DNA from: Octopus bimaculoides
Lineage: Eukaryota
NCBI RefSeq assembly: GCF_001194135.2
Contig: NC_069005.1
Coordinates: 34,642,504 to 34,706,503, forward strand
Direction of reading: 5' to 3'
Length of the DNA stretch: 64,000 bases
The position numbers and the translations under genes are program-made. Positions 1 through 13,839 of this stretch are shown here, one piece after another (the first letter of the stretch is position 1; the number at the start of each line of letters is the position of its first letter). The notes under the pieces are model-generated. The model was not told the origin of the DNA. It saw nothing but the letters and a program-made list of their open reading frames with translations, and did no database searches.

Positions 1-6
1 ATATAT

Positions 7-55
<49 letters not shown>

Positions 56-60
56 TATAA

Positions 61-1443
61 ATATATGCATGTATCCATACATGTATGTACATACCTACAT
101 CTATATGTATACGTGCATGCATGTATGGGTACTGGACATCAAAAAAATGTTAAACACAATTAGAAACGAAAGCATAAAAACGAAAACAGAAAACGAACTT
201 TTTTCGATCAATGAAAAAGACAAACAGAGAAACGAGGCATGCAACATAACGAGTATATCCTTTCGTCAGTTGTCCCTGTTTCATTTACCCCGCTTTTTCG
301 AAGGCAGGGACAATCCGCCACTTTGTTGAAACAGTCCTTCCCGCAAATTAAATAAAATTTGGGATTTTTTTGCGGAGGGTGAAAGTTTTAACAAGAACAA
401 GACAATGAGAGCAAGACAGTAAAAACAAACTGTGAGGGCTGTTGAGCCATCGTCTTGGCTTAACAGCACTCGCTGTTTGTTTTTACTGTCTTGTTCTCAC
501 TGTCCTGTTCTTGTTAACACTTTCACCCTCTGCAAAAAATCTCAAATTTTATTTAATTAGCTTTGCGGGAACAACTGTTTCAACGAAGTCGGGTATTGTC
601 CTTGCCTTCGAAACGCGGAGTAGATGAAACAGAGACAACTGACGAAGAGGTATACTCTAAATGATCGAAAGCCAAGCATCTTTTTCCAAGTGTATATATA
701 TATANNNNNNNNNNNNNNNNNNNNNNNNNNNNNNNNNNNNNNNNNNNNNNNNNNNNNNNNNNNNNNNNNNNNNNNNNNNNNNNNNNNNNNNNNNNNNNNN
801 NNNNNNNNNNNNNNNNNNNNNNNNNNNNNNNNNNNNNNNNNNNNNNNNNNNNNNNNNNNNNNNNNNNNNNNNNNNNNNNNNNNNNNNNNNNNNNNNNNNN
901 NNNNNNNNNNNNNNNNNNNNNNNNNNNNNNNNNNNNNNNNNNNNNNNNNNNNNNNNNNNNNNNNNNNNNNNNNNNNNNNNNNNNNNNNNNNNNNNNNNNN
1001 NNNNNNNNNNNNNNNNNNNNNNNNNNNNNNNNNNNNNNNNNNNNNNNNNNNNNNNNNNNNNNNNNNNNNNNNNNNNNNNNNNNNNNNNNNNNNNNNNNNN
1101 NNNNNNNNNNNNNNNNNNNNNNNNNNNNNNNNNNNNNNNNNNNNNNNNNNNNNNNNNNNNNNNNNNNNNNNNNNNNNNNNNNNNNNNNNNNNNNNNNNNN
1201 NNNNNNNNNNNNNNNNNNNNNNNNNNNNNNNNNNNNNNNNNNNNNNNNNNNNNNNNNNNNNNNNNNNNNNNNNNNNNNNNNNNNNNNNNNNNNNNNNNNN
1301 NNNNNNNNNNNNNNNNNNNNNNNNNNNNNNNNNNNNNNNNNNNNNNNNNNNNNNNNNNNNNNNNNNNNNNNNNNNNNNNNNNNNNNNNNNNNNNNNNNNN
1401 NNNTATATATATATATATATATATATAAATATATATATATAAT

Positions 1444-1510
<67 letters not shown>

Positions 1511-2404
1511 TATAAATATATGCATGTATCCATACATGTATGTACATACATACATTTATATGTATACATGCATGCATGTATGGGTACAGGACATCAAAAA
1601 ATGTTAAATACAATGAGAAACGAAAGCATAAAAGCGAAAACAGAAAACGAACTTTTTTCGAACAACGAAAAAAAAACAAACAGAGAAACGAGGCATGCAA
1701 CATATCGAGTATACCCCTTCGTCAGTTGTCCCTGTTTCATCTACCCCGCTTTTTCGAAGGCAAGGACAATACGCGACTTCATTGAAACAGTCCTTCCCGT
1801 AAAGCAAATTAGATAAAATTTGAGATTTTTTGCAGACTGTGAAAGTGTTAACAAGAACAGGACAGTGAGAACAAAACAGTAAAAACAGTAAGAACAAGAC
1901 AGTAAAAACAAACAGTGAGGGCTGTTAAGCCAAGACGCTGGCTCAACAGCACTCACCGTTTGTATGTATGTACATGTATGTACATACCTACATCTATATG
2001 TATACATGCATGCATGTATGAGTACAGGACATCAAAAAAATGTTAAATACAATGAGAAACGAAAGCATAAAAGCGAAAACAGAAAACGAACTTTTTTCGA
2101 ACAACGAAAAAAAAAACAAACAGAGAAACGAAGCATGCAACATATCGAGTATACCCCTTCGTCAGTTGTCCCTGTTTCATCTACCCCGCTTTTTCGAAGG
2201 CAATGACAATACGCGACTTCGTTGAAACAGTCCTTCCCGCAAATTAAATAAAATTTGGGATTTTTTGCGGAAAGTGAAAGTGTTAACAAGAACAGGCCAG
2301 TGAGAACAAAACAGTAAAAACAAACAACGAGGGCTGTTAAGCCAAGGCGAAGGCTCAACAGCCCTCACCGTTTGTTTTTACTGTCTTGCTCTCATTGTCC
2401 TGTT
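61..2404. repeat. Tandem array of a ~450-bp unit (copies ~61-660, ~1515-1962, ~1965-2404) containing a long palindrome, interrupted by N gaps
   Basis: Repeated block GGACATCAAAAAATGTTAAA...GAAACGAAAGCATAAAA...TTCGTCAGTTGTCCCTGTTTCAT with diverged copies; arms 251-449 and 456-657 are inverted. Confidence 0.85.
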
Positions 2405-2974
2405 NNNNNNNNNNNNNNNNNNNNNNNNNNNNNNNNNNNNNNNNNNNNNNNNNNNNNNNNNNNNNNNNNNNNNNNNNNNNNNNNNNNNNNNNNNNNNNNN
2501 NNNNNNNNNNNNNNNNNNNNNNNNNNNNNNNNNNNNNNNNNNNNNNNNNNNNNNNNNNNNNNNNNNNNNNNNNNNNNNNNNNNNNNNNNNNNNNNNNNNN
2601 NNNNNNNNNNNNNNNNNNNNNNNNNNNNNNNNNNNNNNNNNNNNNNNNNNATATATATATATATATAGTGAGGATTTACAAAAAAAAACAACAGACGAAG
2701 ACTGGTGTGTAAACAACAAACAGATGTATTAGTTTAATGCCTGAAACCTTGTGGCTGAGAAGCGAACTTCTTTCCGAGGCATTGACAAATGCCAAAACAA
2801 AAGGTAAGAAAAGCGAACGTAGGTTGATGGTCCCTGATCTTGCACATCGGAATGATTATCACACGAGAGGAAAGTATGACAGAACCTTTGGTATAAGTAA
2901 AATTCACAGGAGGGACTCAGTTTAACATCGGCTTCAACTAGGGGATACCCAACAACAAAAACAAACAAGCATCA

Positions 2975-3190
2975 TCCCGTTAAACCGGCCATATCGGGCC
3001 CAAATATTCCACCCATTTTGTGTTCAAAGTGGCCAGATCAGGCCTCACATACTTACTCTGAAATGTCATTCTAAATGTAAGCAAACGTTTCATCGATATC
3101 TCAAAGCTACAAAATAATGCAGGATTAATATTGAAGATGTAAATAAAGATTATAAATTGGACGGAGTAACATGAATGCTAACGGATTAAG
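2975..3190. mobile_element. Degenerate non-autonomous interspersed element (MITE-like), related copy ~46845-47060
   Basis: Shared core ccaaatatt(c)..ggccagatc..ctctcaca..tctcaaag.taca.ataatgc..gaatgcta in both places; TTAA-like ends. Confidence 0.4.
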
Positions 3191-3197
3191 CCATCAG

Positions 3198-3760
3198 CAT
3201 CACCAACAACCACCACCAACACCACCAACACCATTACAACCACCACTACTACTAATATCACCACCACTATCGCGAATACTACAACCAATACCACCACTAA
3301 TATCACCACTACTACCATGATCTCCACAACCACCAACACCCACTCTCACTACCATCAACATTATTACTGCCACTACCACCACTACCACCACTACGACTGA
3401 AAGCATTTCTTTATCTAAATACAATTAAAGTATTATTTAGATGAAGCACACGACCGTCTTTAATGATTGCAGGAGGGTTCGCGTTGAAGCGGTAGCAGTG
3501 ATGGTGTTAGCGGTGGGGAGGGGGTGTAGCAGTGATAGTGGTGGTAGAGAGGGTGGTGGTGACAACGGTGGTGGTGGTGGTATTGGTAATAGTTCTGGTG
3601 GTGTTGGTGGTGACGGCACCGATAGCGGTGGTGGTAGTAACGATGGTTGTGGTGGTGGTGCTGCTGCTGCTGCTGTCACCTTAGCAGCAGCGAGCGACGT
3701 CGGTAGTGCTGTTGCTGATAGTAAGGGGGGCGGTGGCGTGTGACGTCTGGTGGTGTTGGA
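3198..3760. repeat. Degenerate (ACC/ACT)n tract followed by (GGT)n tract
   Basis: Low-complexity trinucleotide runs at 3198-3400 and 3490-3760. Confidence 0.8.
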
Positions 3761-3957
3761 TATTCATTTCTTCTGTTATTCAAAGCTGTTGCGCTTAGTG
3801 CCTAGCAGCGTTGTTTAGTGACCCCCACCGCTAACTCAATGTGAGACAGCCGAGAGAAAAAAATTTCCCCCGCAAATACACAATGTTGACCAGGCGCTTA
3901 GACAGGATCGTATCGTAAAACCAGGCTTCAAATGTACGTATAAATAGTATAAACATT

Positions 3958-3958
3958 C

Positions 3959-4036
<78 letters not shown>

Positions 4037-4040
4037 CATT
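3958..4040. repeat. (TTA)n microsatellite; representative of many (AAT)n, (TA)n, (TG)n, (TAGA)n and (TATG)n arrays across the window, most N gaps abut them
   Basis: Direct reading. Confidence 0.95.
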
Positions 4041-4883
4041 ATTGTATAATTTATTATTATTAATATGGCAAGCAACAAAAACAAACAGCTATACATACTA
4101 TAAGTACACACAAACACACACGCACATAAATATATACACATTCTTAGAGTGAAAGTTATTTCTGTCACGTCCACACAAAACATGTGTATACATGTGTGTG
4201 TGTTTGTGTGTTTGTGTGTGTAGGTATGTATGATACACCATAAAGCTAAGACCTTTATGGACGTGAAACCTAAGGTAACCCCATAAACTGGCCTTATCTA
4301 ACTTTAGTATATATATATATATATATATATATNNNNNNNNNNNNNNNNNNNNNNNNNNNNNNNNNNNNNNNNNNNNNNNNNNNNNNNNNNNNNNNNNNNN
4401 NNNNNNNNNNNNNNNNNNNNNNNNNNNNNNNNNNNNNNNNNNNNNNNNNNNNNNNNNNNNNNNNNNNNNNNNNNNNNNNNNNNNNNNNNNNNNNNNNNNN
4501 NNNNNNNNNNNNNNNNNNNNNNNNNNNNNNNNNNNNNNNNNNNNNNNNNNNNNNNNNNNNNNNNNNNNNNNNNNNNNNNNNNNNNNNNNNNNNNNNNNNN
4601 NNNNNNNNNNNNNNNNNNNNNNNNNNNNNNNNNNNNNNNNNNNNNNNNNNNNNNNNNNNNNNNNNNNNNNNNNNNNNNNNNNNNNNNNNNNNNNNNNNNN
4701 NNNNNNNNNNNNNNNNNNNNNNNNNNNNNNNNNNNNNNNNNNNNNNNNNNNNNNNNNNNNNNNNNNNNNNNNNNNNNNNNNNNNNNNNNNNNNNNNNNNN
4801 NNNNNNNNNNNNNNNNNNNNNNNNNNNNNNNNNNNNNNNNNNNNNNNNNNNNNNNNNNNNNNNNNNNNNNNNNNNNNNNNNNN

Positions 4884-4937
<54 letters not shown>

Positions 4938-6073
4938 TGGCGATGGTGATGCTAATGTTATTGTTTTCTCTCAGTTTGTCAGCCCCTTCAGGAGCAACCT
5001 TTACCTCCAGAGGCGTTCTACGTCGCGATTTCTTTTTATTTTAGCCGACATTACGCAATGAATTTTTTGTTTTAAGACGACAGCATGTGATTTGAGGGAC
5101 TTTTCGCTATTTCCAAAATGTGGATCTAACAACGAAAGTTCCTGGTTTTTATATAAACACACAAAAAACGTATATTCATATATATAAACATGTGTGTGCG
5201 TGTGTGTGTGTGTGTGTGTGTCAGCGTGTATAAAACTATGTAAACATTTAAACATCTGTAATGTGTATTCGTTAGCATGTAAAGCAACATCCACAGTAAC
5301 CATACACATACACACACAAGCAAACAGGCAAACGCATATATAAATACTGATGTGCGTACACATACATGAAATCATACCCTATATTATAACTCTGTGTGAG
5401 TGTGTGAGTGTGTGCGTGTGTGTGCGTGTGCGCGCGCGTGCGTGCACAATTATGAACAATCCCAACGATTCTAAACATGATTCTTTTTTCTTTTGTTTTG
5501 GTTCTGATGTTTATGTCTGGATTTCCTCTAAAGACTTAAATCTAGCTACCGATCTACAAGCGCAACCCACTTTACATTCTTTCGACCTCCACCCATTGTT
5601 ATGCCATATTTATGCGTGTGTATATATACATATATATCAATAATTAAATATATTCTGTTAGAATATTATACATTGAATTTATGAGTGCTCTTTGTATAAA
5701 ATATCAAAAATATTAATACTATAAAGCATTCAGACATTAATAGGAGCGATTATATATACTGTATTTTGAAATCATAGCATGAAATTTAATATCAAAAAAA
5801 ATTCTCACGACGATATATACGTCTAAAATAATATTACAATAGTATTTTATATATATTTTATTTTTTTAAATATATGTAAATATATGAAACATGACAGTTT
5901 AAAAATTTATTAATTAATGCACCTTACGATCGTTTCACGAAAGTATTGTCATTATAATAGATCCATTGTTGATACACATTGATAGACGATACTTCCGCTC
6001 GTCAGAAACTGAAGAAGCCCGTCGTATATACATACATATATACATACATACATAGATAGATACGTAGACAGAC

Positions 6074-6139
<66 letters not shown>

Positions 6140-6454
6140 CAGATAGATAGGCAACACACACATATTTTGGAAAATATAAATACGCGGACATAGTAATATG
6201 ATTGCATATATGTTAATAAATCAGGGTGATGAACATGCTTGCGAGTAAAATTATGCGAAAGTGCAAAACGAAAATACAAATAAGTGTGTGTGTGTGTGTG
6301 TGTGTGTGTAAGTGTGAGTGCACCCACCCATTCGCGCCAACCCACAATTGCTGCGTTTGTCTATAATTAAATGATGTAACAAGCGACATCTTTTACGCAT
6401 TCCTTTCTTTGCATAAACATTACTTATCTCCTAAATAACTACTTATCTGTCCTT

Positions 6455-6605
6455 AGGCGTGGCTGCGTGCTAAGAAGTGTGCTTCCCAACCATATAGTTC
6501 CGGTTCCAGTTCCACTGTGTGACACCTTGGCCAGGTGCCTTCTCCTCAGGCTGATCAAAGCCTTGTGAGTGGATTTGGTAGAGAGAAGCTGGAAGAAGCC
6601 TATCT
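6455..6605 (+). mobile_element. tRNA-derived CORE-type SINE (family B)
   Basis: GGCGTGGCTG..AAGAAG head, GGTTCCAGTTCC B-box-like, caccttggcca core, AAAGCCTTGTGAGTGGATTTGGTAGA body; ends in TA/TG microsatellite. Confidence 0.8.
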
Positions 6606-6606
6606 G

Positions 6607-6667
<61 letters not shown>

Positions 6668-6671
6668 GAGC

Positions 6672-6860
6672 GAGCTGAACTGAAGGTAAAGATTATAGCA
6701 GCATTCAATAACTTAAACAAGGAGATCATCCAGAAGTGTTGCAAGAGATTCCAAAGTCTTCTGGACGCTGTGGTTGAAGCCAATGGTGACTTTATTGAAT
6801 AAATTGATTCAAGATATTTCCAGATATTTTAATGTAATTCTGGTAAATATATCTGTTAAA
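6672..6860 (+). mobile_element. Tc1/mariner-superfamily transposase 3' end remnant
   Basis: Translates ELKVKIIAAFNNLNKEIIQKCCKRFQSLLDAVVEANGDFIE*, a typical C-terminus. Confidence 0.65.
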
Positions 6861-7004
6861 ATGTTTTCATTTTTGAGTAATTTGGATGACAATATATATT
6901 GTATATATATATATATACTATATATATATTTTTTATATGCATGTGTGTATATATATGTATATACATATTATTATATGTATGTGTGTATGTGTATGTATAT
7001 ACAT

Positions 7005-7065
<61 letters not shown>

Positions 7066-7789
7066 CATATATATATACATATATATATATACATATNNNN
7101 NNNNNNNNNNNNNNNNNNNNNNNNNNNNNNNNNNNNNNNNNNNNNNNNNNNNNNNNNNNNNNNNNNNNNNNNNNNNNNNNNNNNNNNNNNNNNNNNNNNN
7201 NNNNNNNNNNNNNNNNNNNNNNNNNNNNNNNNNNNNNNNNNNNNNNNNNNNNNNNNNNNNNNNNNNNNNNNNNNNNNNNNNNNNNNNNNNNNNNNNNNNN
7301 NNNNNNNNNNNNNNNNNNNNNNNNNNNNNNNNNNNNNNNNNNNNNNNNNNNNNNNNNNNNNNNNNNNNNNNNNNNNNNNNNNNNNNNNNNNNNNNNNNNN
7401 NNNNNNNNNNNNNNNNNNNNNNNNNNNNNNNNNNNNNNNNNNNNNNNNNNNNNNNNNNNNNNNNNNNNNNNNNNNNNNNNNNNNNNNNNNNNNNNNNNNN
7501 NNNNNNNNNNNNNNNNNNNNNNNNNNNNNNNNNNNNNNNNNNNNNNNNNNNNNNNNNNNNNNNNNNNNNNNNNNNNNNNNNNNNNNNNNNNNNNNNNNNN
7601 NNNNNNNNNNNNNNNNNNNNNNNNNNNNNNNNNNNNNNNNNNNNNNNNNNNNNNNNNNNNNNNNNNNNNNNNNNNNNNNNNNNNNNNNNNNNNNNNNNNN
7701 NNNNNNNNNNNNNNNNNNNNNNNNNNNNNNNNNNNNNNNNNNNNNNNNNNNNNNNNNNNNNNNNCCCATATATTTTACTTGTTTTATAT

Positions 7790-8130
7790 TCAAACAAGCC
7801 TCTCACATGCGAGTGATAAATCAGGTGAATAGGGTGGGTACGAAAGTGATACCATGTTATTTGGGGCGAGAAATTCACGAAGTAGGAGAGCTCGGAGACA
7901 GGGTGCATTGACGTCGTGAAGAATCCAATTCTTCGCGCTCTACAGATCCGGTCGCATTCACCGAATGTCCGCCCTCAAACGCTTCAAAACGTCGCAGTAA
8001 AACTCTTGACGGTCTGGCTCTGAGGGACTAATTCTCGATGCACAATACCACGGATGTCGAAAAAAAAACGATGAGCAAGCTCTTGATTAAGTTGCGGCTC
8101 TGTCGTGCCTTCTTTGGTCAAGGAAAGAAA
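7790..8130 (-). mobile_element. Mariner transposase pseudogene fragment
   Basis: FFDIRGIVHRELVPQSQTV and, after a frameshift, WILHDVNAPCLRALLLREFLAPNNMVSLSYPPYSPDL (YSPDL motif). Confidence 0.85.
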
Positions 8131-9178
8131 GGCCTCTTCCACTATGAAATTAGAAATATCTGTACGTTGAGGAAAGCAATTATTAGTACAATACATAAAA
8201 TGTCCAGGTTTTATAATAATAATCATCTGTCAAGTTAAAGGCATAATTCGTCTTATGAAGAAATATTTTTGTGGATTAAGAATAGGAAAACATAAAAAGA
8301 TCGTTTTATTAACTGTTAAATGAATTCGGACGTTCAACAGTATTAATAAAAAGAACAGCATTACTTATCTTATCGAAAATTCCTTGTTGACTGTAGTATT
8401 ACTCATGAAGTATGGGATTTATACGATGTGTGTCACGTGACAAGATGGCGTTCTTTTCTATGTAGAATTAAAATATGTGAATCATGAGACAATATGGCTT
8501 TAAAAGGAGAAGAGAGAAGAATGTATTAAATGAATAAAATGACGAAATACGTATAGTAGACAGGAAACTAAACAATAGTATGCTATTTAGTGGAAGATAA
8601 TTTAATTATTATTATAGTTTAAGTGACAGGAGCTTTTAATATAAGTATCTAAGGTACGTAAGTTATACTATATTATGAGGAATAGTAATATTTCGGTGAA
8701 CTTATTATACGTCTCTGAGTAGTTTGTTTATTTTTATTCGAACTATGTATTATTACATTAATAGCTCCTATCACTTAAACTGCCCTATATATATATATAT
8801 NNNNNNNNNNNNNNNNNNNNNNNNNNNNNNNNNNNNNNNNNNNNNNNNNNNNNNNNNNNNNNNNNNNNNNNNNNNNNNNNNNNNNNNNNNNNNNNNNNNN
8901 NNNNNNNNNNNNNNNNNNNNNNNNNNNNNNNNNNNNNNNNNNNNNNNNNNNNNNNNNNNNNNNNNNNNNNNNNNNNNNNNNNNNNNNNNNNNNNNNNNNN
9001 NNNNNNNNNNNNNNNNNNNNNNNNNNNNNNNNNNNNNNNNNNNNNNNNNNNNNNNNNNNNNNNNNNNNNNNNNNNNNNNNNNNNNNNNNNNNNNNNNNNN
9101 NNNNNNNNNNNNNNNNNNNNNNNNNNNNNNNNNNNNNNNNNNNNNNNNNNNNNNNNNNNNNNNNNNNNNNNNNNNNNN

Positions 9179-9246
<68 letters not shown>

Positions 9247-9483
9247 TGTATGTATGTATATAATGTATGTACAGACAATCACACATATGTTATTTGACTT
9301 TGTATATGTATGTATTTAATGTGAGCAAATACACATCTGTTCTGAAAGATAAACATAGAAACATGTCCATCGCAAATGTGTTTTATTTTCTCTATAAACA
9401 TTGTGGTTATGACTACCTGCAGTGTTGCTAGTATCTTAGCCACCTGACCCAACGATTCAGTTTCGAATCTTCACCAAACATTA

Positions 9484-9524
<41 letters not shown>

Positions 9525-9968
9525 ACACACATACCATGAACGCGATCAAGGACACTGAGCAACGCATGAACTTCTCAAAATCTCCTTTCTCAGTCTACAT
9601 ACTTTAAATCTGTAGTTTTGTATGTAATGAAGATGTTTGCATATGCATACACTGAGATATATAGACATGGATTCACACACACGCGCGCGCGCGCACACAT
9701 ACACACACACATACAAATGTGTGTGTGTGTGTGCAAAGCCATAGCAGTCACGTTGAAGCCTGCATGACTTTGAAGCATGTACCATGCTTTTGCTAACTGT
9801 ATTAGATGCTTACGTAATTTCAAGCCGACCTAGACACCCGCTCGGTCCTCTCACCCGGGACCCAGCAGAGCATTGACGATGCGACAGTGGGAACGATAGA
9901 GTGGAAACAACCAGAACTAGTGTTTTGCTGAAGGATGCATACATATTTGTGTATGTATAAATATGTAA

Positions 9969-10051
<83 letters not shown>

Positions 10052-10281
10052 TATGTATATACATATGCACATATACATATATGTTGTTGTTGAAGGGGTG
10101 GGGGAAAGTAATAATAACAGTGATGGAATTATCTAGCACTGGGAGCATCGTATTTCGTATTTACGAGGTGAGGGGCGTGACTGTAACGAAAGTTTCCCCA
10201 TATTACTTCTTTCTCTTTTTCTTTAGTTCATTCTTCTTTTTCTTGAACTATTTCTTCGTATTATGGTTATTATTATTGCAA

Positions 10282-10714
10282 AGGCAGCGAGCTGGCAGAA
10301 TCGTTAGCACGCCGGGCGAAATGCTTAACAGTATTTAGTCTGCCTCTTCGTTCTGAGTTCATATTCCGCCGAAGTCGATTTTGCCTTTCATCCCTTTTGG
10401 GGTCGATAAATTGAGTACTGGGGTCGATTTAATCGACTATACGCCTCCCACAAATTTCAGGCCTTGTACTTATAGTAGAAAGAATTATAATTCAACGTTT
10501 GGTAAACGCCTGATGCTAATATTCGATGGGACTGAAAACGGCAAGCTGGCAGCGTCGTTACGTTCTGAGTTCAAATTCTCTCGGAGGCAACTTTGCCTGT
10601 CATCCTTTCGGGATCGATGAAATAAGTACCAGTTGAACACTGGGGTCCATGTAATCAACTAACCCCCTCACTCGAAATTGCTGGCCTTGAGCCAAATTTC
10701 GAAGTCGTTATTAT
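10282..10714 (+). mobile_element. Two tandem tRNA-derived SINE copies (family A; 10282-10487, 10540-10714)
   Basis: GGCGAGCTGGCAGAA head, GTTCTGAGTTCAAATTC B-box, central GCCTTTCATCCTTTCGGGGTCGATAAAT domain. Confidence 0.85.
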
Positions 10715-12279
10715 GATAGGACTTATAGCCTCTCTAGTACTCCTAGCCTTAACATCACGTCGCATTCCGAGTGTTGTGCTTCGGCATTGCAAGAGCAGGA
10801 GGCAATAACCTAATTACCTAATTGGCAAGAGACTTTGAAGCTTTTCAACTTTCAAGAAATGATCGGAAATAATGTCACATTTGTGACAAGCAGCTGTCCA
10901 AAATGTCTCTAACCCTTTTGTTGTGTAACGAGTCTGCGCTCTCCTTTGAAGTCGATGCGTCATTTTCCTAAGTAAAAAGAAAGTAATTATAATCACACGA
11001 AAGAGACAAAAACAAGCTTTGTTACGTGACAAGGGTCAGGGTTCAAATATATTCGAACGATAGAGTCGAATAGTAATGTTGTAAGGTGGGGAATTACAAA
11101 CAAACCCAGCCTTCCCCTGGGTAGTAGGCCTCACTATAAGCAACTTACAACACATTCCACATATCTATATAAACGTAAAAGGCCAATAACATGACTAGGC
11201 ATTACACTTGTTTCTGTAGTAAAACATAACTCTTGAAGTCCAAAGTTGCCAGATCCTTCTTCTATCACCCTCATTGTATTTGTTGCTCAACGTGACAAGT
11301 ATTTAATACGTAAATACTAACTTTACCCTGTATAACAGTAATCTATTAAGAAACATAAACTTCACACTATAACAATAATAAAAGGTCAAACTTACTTCCT
11401 GTGTTGACATAAATACTAAGACTGACTGCACTAGTTTTCCAGACCCACACAGGCTTCAGCAGCCGCCATCTTGTTATGCTCAAGAAGGAAAAGCATCATT
11501 GGAGATTCCGATTACACAATCCATCCATCAATGGAAACAATTTGTGATATTTTACAGATCATAACATTTTTTGTTGCCATATGGCAACTATGGGCTGTAA
11601 AGCGTTAAAGGTACAACCTTCCAATGCAATATATATTATTGCTAAAAATAACAATGTTATTTATAGGAATGGATGACCTGAGATATATATAAATATACTT
11701 CTACTGTTAAAAGCACATATAAACTAAAACAAGGAATAATGTTAGAACAATCACATCAAAATCTTTGTCGGGTGCCAACGCACCAGGCCTAATATAATTG
11801 CTACACAAAAGAAACATTATGAACAGTTATAGAGATCAGCTGTCATACAGATGTGAACGTTTTTAATTTACCTACAGTAAACATATCCTCTTAATCCTTT
11901 ACATATGTCATGATAATCCTTGATTAAATATCTCAGTGACAGTCTCTAAAATCTGAGGTTTGTCAAGCAAAGAATGTGATCAACTAACATGCATTTCGCA
12001 AATACAGGTTTCTCTAAGAGGAACAGTGAAATTAGGCATGACTTTTCTAAAGTTCAGTATAAAATTATTCGACAATTTTTTATCTATATTCCAGAGATAC
12101 AATGTCGTCCCTAAAAAAGACCAAATAATTAATAATCCTGGGATAAATCTACAGAAACCTATAGTTTTTGAACATCAGCGCAAGGAATATTAGTGGAACA
12201 TTCCTATCAAGACATTTGTCAAGTGCAAACATAACAGGATGGATATAGATATTTAAAATAAAAAAGAAAAAGTATGTAC

Positions 12280-12485
12280 GTGGAGTCACTGGCTTTAAGG
12301 GTATCACGAAAGGCCTAGCTGGAGGCCAACCTTCCGAGTTCTTTTACAGGGCTTAAAATACTGAAGGGCTGCTGCAATGTGTATGTGAATCTGAGAGGGG
12401 AATATGTTGAATAAAATCATAATTAATTGATCCTCCTGTATTTTCTTTTACTCAAGGCCAGGAACTTTTCAGCACACTCTCATAC
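12280..12485 (+). mobile_element. Non-autonomous mariner element; second copy ~57845-58040
   Basis: ~165 bp shared between the two loci; retains transposase C-terminus (GLERLKDCCNKYENLRGEYAE*) and TIR-like CCAGGAACTTTTCAGCAC. Confidence 0.7.
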
Positions 12486-12639
12486 CGTCATAAGGATCAA
12501 GTGCCCTGTTGATATGGATATCTCTTCGAAAATCAAAATGAAATGGGATAACTACATCAACTGCTTCGAAACCTGCAGCTTCTGTACTCAGATTATAAAT
12601 TCACGTTAATACTTAGTGCATTTAGTTGTGTTAGTAAAT

Positions 12640-12765
12640 ATGTGATAATCTGGATAAGCTGGGGTTTTCAGAAAAAGAAATCAACCAGCGACTCGCACAT
12701 TACGAACACAATCTGTGAGTGGAACAGTAAAAAATATGCAAGACTTTCCTTAAGTTTGAAATGTG
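12640..12765 (+). mobile_element. Possible 3' end of an RLE-type (R4/Dong-like) LINE
   Basis: Frameshifted LDKLGFSEKEINQ...SVSGTVKxCKTFL-like peptide. Confidence 0.35.
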
Positions 12766-13500
12766 TCATTGTTTTTTTTTATCCACATTCCAACGATGGA
12801 ATGTGTTAGAAACCAGCTCCTTCCTTATAAGAAGACTTCAAATATTCAAAAGTAGAAGAAACATATATACACACATGCATACAGACAGATAGACATATAT
12901 ACGTACACACACACACACACACATATACATACGCACGTACATACAGGCACACATGCATACATACGTACATACATGCATACATACATGCGCAAATATATAC
13001 ATATATAAAAGTACTCTGTTACGTGAGAGGTGTGTTTTAACAGAAAACATTTGTGTTTGTGAAGAAAAAAATTCAAGTTCTGGTTTTCAGAGACACACAC
13101 CACCAACAACACCACAACTGTCACTCCATTATTACCTCCACCCCTTCAATACCTCCACCCCATCAATACTTTCACCCCACCACTCCCTTCCCCCTACCAC
13201 CGCCATCAGTCTCCAGTTTTAACCTTCAGTACAACAACATCCATCACACTGAGTGTTTATCCAGGTTATTCTAGCGTTATCCACATTCACCGACAACTGA
13301 CAGACGGAGAGAGAGGGGGGAGAGGTGGGCGGCAGGACAATCTGAATGGAGAAAAGTTGTGAAGTGGGTTAACAGAATGGCAGGGAGTTAGGAGAACCAG
13401 TTGAAAAAAACATAATTACTCTGAAAATGTAGCCACATCTTCTTTTCAGAGGTATTAAAAGCGTCAGTGAAATGGTAAATAACGAAGTCACATGTTGCCT

Positions 13501-13542
<42 letters not shown>

Positions 13543-13839
13543 TATGGTAAAGTGTTTGCACTGGAGAAAACTGTGCATACACTTTTATCAGCTTGTATAA
13601 GATTTCAGTTAACGTTCTTAAAATGAAACCCACACGCAACGTGGTTTAATAATGTACTTACTGTATTTATGAGTTCAAAAGAAAAGGCAATAAAATCCAC
13701 TCGCATGGATTTTCGATTATAAAATCGACGAGAAAAGTATATTTCTTGCTTATGTTTATTTCATTGAAGATTAACGTTTAGTTCAAGAGCTATTATTTGT
13801 AAGGCATCTAGAAACAAACACAAAAGAGAGGCCAGTTTT

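Noticed and set aside
639-672. CTGACGA...GAAA as an intact hammerhead ribozyme in the palindrome arm
   Set aside because: Stems I and III cannot be completed; kept only as a degenerate hint within the palindrome finding.
3198-3760. Gly-rich and Pro-rich ORFs, and a possible foldback between (ACC)n and (GGT)n tracts
   Set aside because: Low-complexity trinucleotide repeats common throughout the window; pairing is non-specific.
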